A program made the translations under genes and the position numbers. Source: Utricularia gibba (taxonomy: Eukaryota; Plantae; Magnoliophyta). From it: a DNA stretch of 64,000 nucleotides. The DNA is taken from NCBI GenBank assembly GCA_002189035.1, contig CM007989.1, positions 1,798,001 to 1,862,000 on the forward strand, in the 5' to 3' direction. The stretch's first letter is position 1. Every line of letters begins with the position of its first letter. The notes beneath the pieces were generated by a model. The model made no database searches. It was not told the DNA's origin and was given only the letters and a program-made list of their open reading frames with translations. Shown here one piece after another: positions 53,502 to 64,000 of the stretch.

Positions 53502-56176
53502 ATGTCTCAAGACATAGCAAATGACGCTGAAGACATGGAAGAGGAATATGACATGGAGGATGGGGATGAAGATCTGGAGGAACTGAATGGTGGAGATGTT
53601 GGCAGTTCTGATTCTGATATTGATGATTATGATGATCTGGTTTGTTACTGAGTTGTAGTTCTTTGACTTACAGAAAAAAAGTTTCCAACCTGAGGTTGGT
53701 AATACTCACTTTTGTCTCACTCGTGCAGAATAATAGAGTGCATGACACAACAGCAGCTCAAGCTAGAGAAGGCAAAGACATACAAGGTATTCCATGGGTG
53801 CGACTCAGCATTACACGAGAGAAGTATCGGGAGAGTAGACTGGAACAATACAAGAATTATGAAAATATTCCACACTCTGCGGAGGGATCGGATAAGGCAT
53901 TTTTCTTTCTCACTTTAGAATTTTTTTCTTATCATGTTTCTTCTCTGTGATAATTCATTCTCTCTCCTTCAACCCTTCTACCGGTGAACAGGAATGTCAA
54001 ACAACTGAGAAGGGAGGATGTTACTATGATTTCAGAAGAAATTCAAGATCCGTGAAGTCAACAATCCTACATTTTCAGGTAGTGAAAAGAATTCGATTGT
54101 TTCATTAACTGCATATTGAATGTTTCATCAAATATAGTTTGGTTAATTTTTTAATTGCTTGAAGTAACTAGAGGATAAAAGTTTCTGGACTTTAAGGGCG
54201 GTACTTGGGTTTGTTCATGCATTCATGCTTCACGTGTTGTTGAATGTGGACTATGTTCTAGTGATTGATGTCTTTTTCATCAGTTATTTCTTATCGCTAG
54301 CTATCTCATCTTCAATTTGGCAATGTGTTTCCTTGTAGGATTTGTATGTATGTGCTTTGTTGATGTAAAGATGTCTCAAGGGTTAAAGATGTGGGTTTTT
54401 TTTTGCAGTTGAGAAATTTGGTGTGGGCTACATCAAAGCATGATGTGTACCTAATGTCACATTTCTCCGTTATGCATTGGACATCCTTAACATGCACAAA
54501 GTCAGAAGTACTCAATCTGGCTGGCCATGTTGCACCTTGTGAGGTTAGTAGTACTTTCATTTGATGTTGTTCGTTACTCCTCCGTCTTACTTTTATTTCA
54601 TCTGGGTGAGTATAGGAAAATGCATAACTACAAGCATGTGGCTCTATTTTATATAAAACACCTGTGTGTTGTACGCACATATATTAGATACTAGCCTATC
54701 ACTTCCCATATGCAGAAACACCCTGGAAGCTTGTTTGAAGGATTTACCCAGACCCAGGTCAGCACACTCGCTGTCAAGGACAATTTTCTAGTTGCAGGTG
54801 GATTTCAGGGAGAACTTATTTGCAAGGTATATTTGTTTTCCTTGTGCTCATTCAAGTAATGAATAATCAAATTTGTTGCGATTGTGGGGTAATTGTCTGA
54901 AATTTTAATCTACCAAGGGTAGAAAATGATGCATATATTGCTTTGGTTTATTTAGTGTATCTACGATGCTGCGTAAGCCCGCATCTTACTCCAGTTAGCG
55001 TAGAGTATATTATTCTTCTTGTTCTATTGTAGTACTTGGATAGACCTGGAGTTTCATACTGCACCAGAACAACTTATGACGATAATGCAATTACCAACGC
55101 GGTTGAGATATTTACATCTAGCAGGTAACTGCATGAATACCTGTGCATGGCATGCAATTATGTTCCTCCCTACGAACTCTTTATTTTTTTTCGAACCTTC
55201 CCAACCCCTGTGAAGACAATTCATGCAAATTTTGGTGTGTACAGTGGTGCAGTACATTTTATCGCTTCAAATAATGACAATGGAGTTAGAGAGTTCGACA
55301 TGGAGATTTTCCAGCAAACTAACCATTTTCGGTTCCCATGGCCTGTTAATGTGAGTCTTTCGCAATATATTTTTCTGACATACCTGCATCATGCTGCACT
55401 AGATGAGCGAGTACAAGGCGTCTGTCTGTGTTCTCATTCATACACTGTTCTACCATTAGCTTTGTCGTACTATGTTGTCTTTACCGTTGAATTGCATCAC
55501 TGACAGCAACTGCGCACTCGCTGACAGTTTGTTAGAAATATGAATAGTGCACGTACTAGAAACAAAGAATGTTGTCATTCCCTTCCATCTTTGCTATTTG
55601 CAGCATACTTCTCTGAGTCCTGATGGAAAGCTCCTGATCATTGTGGGGGATGATCCCGAAGGTTTGCTGGTCGATTCTCGAAGTGGGAAGGTAAATACAC
55701 TTCCACTGTGCGTACTTGCAGCATCAGTACCAACTCTTCATGTGGTGTCAATATTTTTCCAGACAATCACATCCTTGCATGGTCACTTGGACTACTCCTT
55801 TGCGTCGGCGTGGCACCCCAGTGGCATAACATTTGCAACCGGCAATCAAGACAAGACATGCAGAATTTGGGACATGAGGAACCTGTCCAGGTCGATCACC
55901 GCCTTGAAGGGAAACCTGGGAGCCATCCGGTCCATCCGCTTCACATCCGATGGAAGATTCATGGCGATGGCGGAGCCCGCAGATTTCGTTCATGTGTTCG
56001 ACACCCAAAGCGGGTACCAGAAGGAGCAGGAAATCGACTTCTTCGGCGAGATATCCGGCATGTCATTCAGCCCAGACACGGAGTCGCTCTTCATCGGAGT
56101 CTGGGATCGCACCTACGGCAGCCTCCTCGAGTTCGGCCGAAGAAGAAAGTACCTGTACCTCGACACCTATATCTAA
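53502..56176 (+). CDS. WD40-repeat protein (C2A9.03-like / DUF2415 family), multi-exon, with about 1.3 kb intron-containing 5' leader
   Basis: Acidic N-terminus, AREGKDIQGIPW, TILHFQLRNLVWATSKHDVY, FRFPWPVNHTSLSPDGK, GHLDYSFASAWHP, ATGNQDKTCRIWDMR, EIDFFGEISGMSFSPD. Confidence 0.92.
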
Positions 56177-56885
56177 ATCCCCTCCTCTTCTTCAAGTGTT
56201 GATGCTTCCCACTGCGCATGATGGCTCCCATGAAGTTTCCACCTTCAGCCGCCGCAGCCGCAGCAGCAGCAGCAAAGTTCCAAGTTCCGGTGTGTGGGGG
56301 AACGCTGTCTAGAGAAGAAAACTTTCAGCTTAGTTTATTTTTTTCTTTTTTTTTTCCGAGTGTCAATAAAAAAAAAAAAAAAAAAAAAAGAGAGAGAATT
56401 AGGGTGCTTTTCTCTTACGTAGTAGTGATATTTCATAAATAATATATTTTTTTCATGTATGCGTTTGCAAGGGATTTAACGTTCCTGGTGGGGCCCGTTC
56501 GGTTTCATAAAACTGTTTTAGTTTTTGTTGGAGAGATTTAAAATTAGCAAATATTTGTGAATTTATTCAATAATTAGTTAATCTTCTATAGGAGTAATTA
56601 TTGTGTTTTTATTTGTATATTAAATTCAGGTAGTAAATAACGGAACATGAGATTAGATCTTTATTAATCCCAATTAATTAATTAACCAGATTCAGCATAT
56701 AATTAATTATCTTTAAATATCCTAAAAATAGATATTTTTCATACTTAGGAAATATACTGCGACTGGGTAATGATTCCTTAGTAGATTTTAGCTGTTAGTT
56801 ATTTACGACTTTCCAAAATATGCATACTACTACATATCTTCCCTTGCGCGTTCTTTCCATTGCTACTCTCCCGGCTTCGTTGCAG

Positions 56886-57919
56886 ATGGCTGAGGTCGGA
56901 GGAGGAGGAGGAGAAGAAGAAGGAGGAGGAGGAGGAGGAGGAGGAGTAGGAGGAGAAGAAGGACGACGAGGAGGAGGAGGAGGAGGACGAGGAGGAGGAG
57001 AACGAGGACGAGGAGGACGAGGACGAGGACGAGGAGGAGGTGGTGGTGGTGGTGGTGATGGTGGAGGAGGAGGAGGAGGAGGAGGAGGTGGTGGTGGTGG
57101 TGGTGGTGGTGGAGAAGGAGGAGGAGGTGGTGGTGGTGAAGGAGGAGGAGGAGGAGGAGGTGGTGGTGGAGGAGGAGGAGAAGGTTCTGCTAATAAGTTC
57201 CCTTGCCCAAGCTGCCCGAAGGCGTTCAAATCAGCTAAAGCTTTAGGGGGCACATGAGGGTGCACTCCCTCACATCCCCCACATCAGTGCCCGTCACCGG
57301 GAAGAGAAGGAGTAAGAATCAGAATGGTGATGACAATGATGAAGGGATAAGACGGAAGAAGAAGAGGGTGGAAGAAGGAAAAATTGGAGGGAAGAAGATT
57401 TGCGCAGTTTGCGAAAAGTGTTTCCGTTCAAAGAAGGCGGTGTGCGGTCACATGAGGTGTCATCCGGAGCGGCCGTGGAGAGGCCTGAATCCTGCTTCAG
57501 AGCAGGCAGCGACTAGCAGCAGCAGCCATCCCAATCATCCATCGGCTTCTTCATGTTTGTCTTCTGCCGGAAGGACGTCTGCTGGTGCGGTGTTGCAGAG
57601 TTGGGGTTCGACTGCTCGGCGAGGAAGCAATCCTGGTGCCGGAGGAGGAGGAGCTGCTTCGTCGGAGGCTTCGACATTGAGTTCGACGGGCAAAAATAAC
57701 CCTGCTGTTGCAGCTGCTCATATTCTTATGTTCATGTCTCGTCAGGGCACCCTCAGCCAAGCTACACCAGATGACGATCAGATGAACGTAACAACTACAG
57801 CTGATGACGATCAGATGAACGTAACAACAACAACGACGACGACTGGGAGTGGTGAAAACAATAATGCAGGCTGTATGTTGCCTGATCTGAATGAGAACCC
57901 TCCCCAGGAAGAGCAGTAG
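56886..57919 (+). CDS. C2H2 zinc-finger repressor (ZAT2/ZAT3/DAZ-like) with N-terminal Gly-rich tract and C-terminal EAR motif
   Basis: Finger 1 CPSCPKAFKSAKALGG[H]MRVH (broken at GGGGG 57246-57250), basic NLS RRKKKR, finger 2 CAVCEKCFRSKKAVCGHMRCHPERPWRGLNP, and LPDLNENP. Confidence 0.88.
56898..57180 (+). repeat. Coding (GGA/GGT)n trinucleotide array, about 283 bp
   Basis: Near-continuous GGA/GGT codons with interspersed GAA and CGA. Confidence 0.95.
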
Positions 57920-58579
57920 AGATACTTATACGTAGACGATCCTTAGTCTCTACACTGCGATTCATGGCAATGCTGGAATGAGCAACCCAGCGAATCGTGA
58001 TTGATTGATTGATTTGCAACCAGAGTGTGTTTGTTTGAACATGTTTTTGTGTTGACTGATTTTCATCTGTCTTCTACCAGTCCTTAGTTACTACACGTCT
58101 TCAACCATGGTTTTCTTCTCCAGCTACCTACCTGCACAAGTCCCCACACACACATCGATATGCATAAAAGTTGGATAGTAGTATTGCTAGGCGAATTGTC
58201 ATTGATTCTAACATAACCTCAGCGTTCAGTGCAACCCGCTACTGTCTCTAGCCAATGCGCTGCTGTTGTTACAAGTGATAGCCCTGGTATTAATCGCTTG
58301 GAAAAGGAGACGAAATCGTTTGTCAATGGAGAAAGAGGATAATCAGGGAAAGTTTTAATTTTGATTCTGGGTTTCCATTTTCTATCTTTGACTTAGATAT
58401 GTGGGTCGAAAAAATTGTCTTTAGAATAGACCCAGAAAACAAAAATTGAATCTTCGTTATCTTGTCTGAGTGTGAGTGTGTGGTGGGTAATTTAAAATGT
58501 AAGATCATCACTTAATGATCAACCACCACCCAAAATCATACTCTTCTTGCTTCGCATTTTTGTGTCCTGGTTACTGAAA

Positions 58580-61500
58580 ATGGAGTGCTACTCTATCTCT
58601 ATGCACGCGACGTTGCTTCCTTCTTCATCCTCTTTCTCACGCACCCATAACTTGCAGGTGTGCCTTATCAAACTTCATTTTTTTTTTCTTTCTGCTTTAT
58701 GATTCACTTTACTTGTGGCTTATGACTTGAATCACTCTTCTAGAGTCTTCTTGTTCATTTTCCGGCTTAATATTCAGATCCGGGGGCATTGGGTTTCCAG
58801 CTTCTTACTGATTGCGTTGCAGATGTGGGCTATTGATTTAAAATTAGAATTTTTCGCTGTAGCAAGAGACTGCTGCAGTGTCTGTTGTTATAGTGCTTGT
58901 TCTTTTAACTATCAAGGTTTTCAAATTGAGCCATTCATGTGGTGACGCAGGGTGTTCCAAACCCGTTTCTTTATAGAGATCTTCAACCCCTGTTATGCAA
59001 GAGAGGTTTATCACTTCGTTCCTCAAGAGCTGGTAAAGGCATTGCCTGTTCTGGGGCTGAAAGGCAAAGTTGGGATGTAGGTAGATTCGTGAAAACAATC
59101 TTCTTTTTCAACGGACCTCCCTCGCCCGCCAAGGTGTCATTTCTTTTGTTGGAGTTTCATACTGGAGTTACCAACTTCTCATGCTGACCATTATCACTTA
59201 TTTTGTAAGTTCTTTGAATTTCTGATTGAGAAACTCTCTGGCCCATCACCTAAAGAAGAGCCTAAAGCAATGCCTACTTCCGGTATAATACTAGTGGCTG
59301 GAGCCACAGGTGGTGTAGGCCGAAGAGTTGTGGATCTTTTACGCCAGAAACAGTTACCAGTTCGAGCTTTGGTATGAATGTTGTGGAAATTACTTTTAAT
59401 CCTACCCATGACATATATGAGAGCTGGTTGCAGCATAAAACTGATCCCTTGGACTCTCTCTGTCTCAGGCCAGAAATGAAGAGAAAGCTAGAAGGATGCT
59501 GGGACCAGATATTGACCTGGTGAGATCTTTCATTTCATTATTGGATTTGAGCAAGATGCTCATATCAGTGATAGTATTCGATACCGGTTTCCTTTTCACT
59601 AGAAAACATGTGAGTTTTTTCCAACTTATTCCTTTTCATCAGGTCATTGGAGATATTACCAAAGCAAGCACCTTGCTGCCGGAGTACTTCAAGGGCGTGA
59701 GAATGGTCATCAATGCAGCTTCAGTAATCGTTGGTCCAAAAGAAGGTGATACCCCTGATAGGGCCAAATACAACCAGGTATGCCTGTGGATGTAAAAATT
59801 CAGATCTGTAATGAAACCATGATGAAAGCATCCACGCTTCATGTACACTACAGAAATTTATAATGCAGTATGGTGATTTCTACATCAACATCTAATTCAC
59901 CAATTTCCTATATCTTCACAGGGAATCAAGTTCTTTGAACCCGAGGTCTGTAACTTATGGCTAAAAAAAAGTTTGCAATAGCCAACTGCACTAAAGAAGA
60001 GAACTGTTAATACTTGTGGTTTTTTATTGGGATCAGATTAAAGGTGATTCTCCTGAAAAGGTGGAGTTCATTGGAATGAGTAACCTGATAACTGCTGTCA
60101 AGGAAAGTGTCGCTCTCCGTTCTGGAAAACTGCTTTTCGGATTCGAAGGTATCCTCTGATCTGGTGGATTGGCTACTTGCATTTAGATGGAAATGCTGTT
60201 TTTGGATGGAATCTATGTGGGGTCTCTTCTTACTATCTAGCAGTATTTTTCCGTCCTCAGGTCAACAGTGACTTTTAGCATTAATCTCAACTCTGTTGAT
60301 CCTGTATTCGACCATTACTTGTGCAGATAGCACGCCTAGACAGCTTAACTGGGGTGCTTTGGATGATGTTGTGATGGGAGGGGTTAGTGAATCCACGTTT
60401 CTTATTGATCCTGTTGGTGGTGAAAATGGTAATGCAGCTGGAGTATTCAAAGGTTAGCTCCTCTGTTGCCAGTGAAAAATTCTAAATTGCATATCTGATG
60501 AACATTTACTAGTTTATAAAATTTCCTATCTGTTCAGGAGTCGTTTCTACAGCCAACAATGGAGGTTTTACGAGCATTAGAACAAAAGCAAGTCACTCTG
60601 AACTCCTTCCAATAAATTTGCATTGATTCTGTGTCCATTGAACATAGCCTGCCTTTTTTTTAATCTGTGGGGGTGGAAAAGCTTGTTGTAACTTGAGTCA
60701 GCATGCTCTTTGTAGAATTTCTCTGTACCAGAAGATCTATCAGCTTATGATGGCATAGAGTTACGAATAAAAGGAGATGGTCGCAGATACAAACTTATTG
60801 TCAGAACTAGTCGAGATTGGGACACCATAGGCTACACAGCCGGTTTTGATACTGTGAAGGATCAATGGCAAACGGTTTGCAATCTTCGTCTCTTTTGCCT
60901 CATTTTGAGATTATTGAATCATCAAAAGTCTGAAGTAACTATTGTTTTTCTGTCAATTCTTCCAGATTCAACTACCCTTCTCCATTTTAAGGCCTATATT
61001 TCGTGCACGAACTGTTTCAAATGCTCCACCTTTCAACCCCAGTGAAATAGTGTCATTACAGGTGAGAATGCAGAGTTCTCTGGAATCAAATCATGAACCC
61101 TTGCTACTGTTTTTGTTCATATCTCCTTACAAAAATATTGTTTTCAGCTCATGTTCAGCAAGTTTGAGTATGATGGGAAGTTGAATCCGACTTTTGCAGA
61201 AGGCCCATTTCAGCTTCCCATATCAACCATAAGGGCTTACATAAAAGAGCCTGTTACTCCCAGGTTTGTGCATGTTAGCTCTGCAGGAGTTACCAGACCT
61301 GATAGACCTGGACTTGATTTAAGCAAGCAACCTCCTGCCGTTCGGATGAACAAGGAACTGGGATTCGTTCTCACATACAAGCTGAAGGTTACTTTCCCTT
61401 TAGTTTCTGCTATGAAAGCATGGCTCTGTCTTTGTAAAGCTGCAATGGTTCCCTGATCTCCCACAGGGAGAAGATTTGATTCGAGAAAGTGGGATTCCAT

Positions 61501-61956
61501 ACACCATCATTAGACCTTGCGCACTCACTGAGGAACCTGCAGGAGCTGAGCTTACATTTGATCAAGGGGATAACATAACTGTATGTCCAGAACTCCATGC
61601 TGCTGTGCTAGTGATGACTAACTTAAACACCTTGTTAATTTGTTGACAGGGGAAGATTTCCAGGGAGGAGATTGCTCGAATCTGCATCGCTGCTCTCACA
61701 AGCTCGCATGCAAGTGACAAGACATTCGAGGCAACATTCTTTTCCCTGTTCTCCCTTGATTCATATGTCACTTACACTAGAACCTCAAGAGGTGCGGTAT
61801 CCATTTCAGGTTAAGAGTGTGATCCCATTCAGTGAAACGTACACTGTGGATCCTGAAAACCCGCCTACTGAAAAAGACTACGACAAATACTTCCAGACCC
61901 TGAAAACTGGTATTACAGGGAAAGAAAGCTTAGAACAAACTCCAGTTCCTGTCTGA
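58580..61956 (+). CDS. Plastid NAD(P)-binding Rossmann protein with CIA30 domain (HCF173-related family), multi-exon
   Basis: Transit-like N-terminus, WDVGRFVKTIFFFNGPPSP, ILVAGATGGVGRRVV, WGALDDVVMGGVSES, GVVSTANNGGFTSIR, KGDGRRYK, FVHVSSAGVTRP, YTIIRPCALTEEP. GC donors at 60588 and 61731. Confidence 0.9.
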
Positions 61957-62307
61957 AAGTGAAACCTCAGCAAGCACAACTCCAAGCTTCACTTTCAAAC
62001 TGGTAATACTTTTTACAGAGGACGTTTCTCCTTTGGAAGATGATGGCGGTTGACATGTGATGGAGAAGATGAAGGGTGCGCATGTACAGACAAGAGTAAG
62101 AGAAATACAATAATTGTACATCGAGAAGACAAATTGTATTCGTTGGCCTTTTCTTCTGCATATCTGATAACACGACAGTCTGCTTGGTAAATTTGGCATC
62201 TTTCTCTTCCATTTTCATCAAAAGAAAACAGCTTGCTCTCAGTAGTCAGTCACCGTGACTGCTGGCAACCCACAGGCGTCCATTGCTTCTGAGTTGTGAT
62301 GACAATC

Positions 62308-62616
62308 TTATGGAGAACATAAGCACCTCTTCGCCGCGAGAGAAAATGACTTGCTCACTTTGACAGAGAACCTGCTCTTTCTCCTCCTCCTCCTTGCTCT
62401 CCAGCCACTATGCGGAGTTGCGAGGCAGTGTGCCATGCCGCGTTCATTGAGGAACACCCCTCTTGCGATCGGAGGAGACCACAGGCCGCTCTTGGAGTAA
62501 TCGAAGTCGAATTCGGAGACGTCGTAGAACTTGGAGAGGAGCTTGTTGGACACATCCGGGGACACAACTTGAATTCTGAGTTCCTGGGCAGAAGAGGAGA
62601 TCTCAGGAGGCGACAT
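62308..62616 (-). CDS. Small conserved-looking plant protein of unknown function (about 100 aa; C-terminus may be spliced)
   Basis: Motif LLSKFYDVSEFDFDYSKSGLWSPP followed by basic RRRRRKSR; GC-rich coding-like composition. Possible donor gtgagc after FSVK. Confidence 0.7.
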   Translation of the reverse strand: MSPPEISSSAQELRIQVVSPDVSNKLLSKFYDVSEFDFDYSKSGLWSPPIARGVFLNERGMAHCLATPHSGWRARRRRRKSRFSVKVSKSFSLAAKRCLCSP

Positions 62617-62981
62617 GAGAGTTAATGAGATATGAGGTGACAGCCGGAGCTCATGGCAGTGGCTACCATAAGAAAGAGTAGGAATGAGGACGAGGCTAGC
62701 AGCACAGCCTACACTGCGTACTGTTCAGCACTCACATGCACAAATGCAGATGCCGCATCTTATCTTTTTACTCTTTTTATTCCAAAGAAAAATTGCATCT
62801 TTTTTTTACTATCCCAATAGCAAAAATTAACTGAAAAAAAAATTGGATCTTTCGTTATCATCTCATGTACGTTGTCCGAGAGGGGTGTTCTGTTGGTAGG
62901 ATGAAGAAGAAGAAACCAGGTATCCGCCTTAACTGGGTGGTGCACAGGGCCTAAAACGACATGAATCCAAGTGCTCTGAGC

Positions 62982-63490
62982 TCAAGCTCCATGAAATATG
63001 TCGAGAAGTCGATCCTTCAAGAAACTGGAGGCATTTTCACTCGCTTTCATGAGTAACTGCACTGCATGTGCTGGAGAGGGTTCTGTGTATTTCGATAAGA
63101 GAGTCGAGCCCAGTTGGGCGGAAGAGCCATGCACCCACCTCCAAAAAAGAATTGGCACATTGGCTGAAGTCTGCAATTTCAAATTGGGCAGAGCTCCAGA
63201 ACTTCGCCAGCTAGAAGATTGTTCCAAGAACCCCGATGATGCACAGTTGAAAATGATCAGCGCCGATGGGATAGTCTCACGATCCGTTAAGGGAAAAAAG
63301 TTCGCCATCATGGCCGCGGTTCCAATCACGGCTATGATTAAAATGCGCGAGAATCGATAAAATCTACCTGTGGAATGCATCCCTCGCCGGATGCTTTCGA
63401 TGGCTTAAACATCAACATGCCTGCAACGAGGACGTTCTTATGTGCAGTCGGCGAAAAGGGATGCTCCTCCGTGGGTTTTGATTCAGGCAT
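62982..63490 (-). CDS. Putative orphan single-pass membrane protein, 169 aa if one G is restored at 63381-63383 (otherwise 132 aa from 63380)
   Basis: GC-elevated 510-bp block, hydrophobic segment ILIIAVIGTAAMMANFF; no family recognised. Confidence 0.35.
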
Positions 63491-63753
63491 GAGGATCTGA
63501 AAATCCACGGCGGGTCAAAGCAGAATTCTTTAGAAGCGTGCTGTCAAATATGACAGCTACCTACACTCACAGAGGGCTTGATAGGTGCGCTTAAACTAAG
63601 GCGAGGAACAAGAAGAAGGGATGCAAGAAGCATATTTAGATGTGATCGAGTACTAAATTTGTAAATTATACGCATCTTTTAATGCTTTTCATACAGATAT
63701 TATTGCGTAGTGAATCGATCATTCACAAAGATGGCATCACCTTCCTTTTTCCT

Positions 63754-63830
63754 TCACCTTGGTTCTTCCTTGCTTTTTTTCTTATTTATGTAGTCTTCTG
63801 CCACGTTCTTTTTGAACACCCATTCTTGTT
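63754..63830 (-). other. Possible terminal coding exon of a gene lying beyond the right edge
   Basis: Pyrimidine tract and AG at 63832-63831, then QEWVFKKNVAEDYINKKKSKEEPR*. Confidence 0.25.
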
Positions 63831-64000
63831 CTTGATAAGAAACAGCAAACAATCAAACTAGAGACACTCTCGTGGGAACAAGATCAGAGAAGAATATGTG
63901 TTTTTAGAATGAGTGAAAACAGTCAAACAAGGCCATTAATACAGGCCCTTACAGCACATCGAGGAAAACAATCATGCTTAACAAGCTCATGCGTCGATCA

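Noticed and set aside
56795-57265. 156-aa poly-Pro (extensin-like) ORF on the minus strand
   Set aside because: Reverse complement of the GGA/GGT array; no signal peptide or Ser-Pro4/Tyr extensin pattern.

Overview
Gene-dense nuclear DNA from a flowering plant; the species cannot be determined from the sequence. It holds about 19-20 intron-containing or single-exon protein genes in 64 kb, with short AT-rich spacers and a few MITE-type elements. In order: HAC1-like CBP/p300 acetyltransferase (runs off the left edge), a small secreted protein, GDSL lipase, IGPD, gamma-tubulin complex GCP5, PFA-DSP phosphatase, AXR1, GT31 galactosyltransferase, dienelactone hydrolase, class III peroxidase, RHIP1-like, USP, WEX exonuclease, GAUT10-like, SIP/raffinose-synthase-family enzyme, WD40 protein, C2H2/EAR zinc finger, CIA30/Rossmann plastid protein, and two small unknown ORFs. 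No rRNA, tRNA or CRISPR was recognised. Main caveat: a dozen or more reading-frame breaks in about 9 genes are each repaired by adding one base, and where they can be located they fall in homopolymer runs. This points to unpolished long-read consensus errors rather than pseudogenes. I found no convincing new multi-gene system. The best leads are a candidate peptide-hormone-like precursor (8960-9244), three P1BS sites plus a start-overlapping uORF at the PFA-DSP gene, a poly-Gly/RGG-extended zinc-finger repressor, and a hidden orphan membrane ORF (62982-63490). Gene identities are from motif recognition, not database searches, and multi-exon spans include introns.
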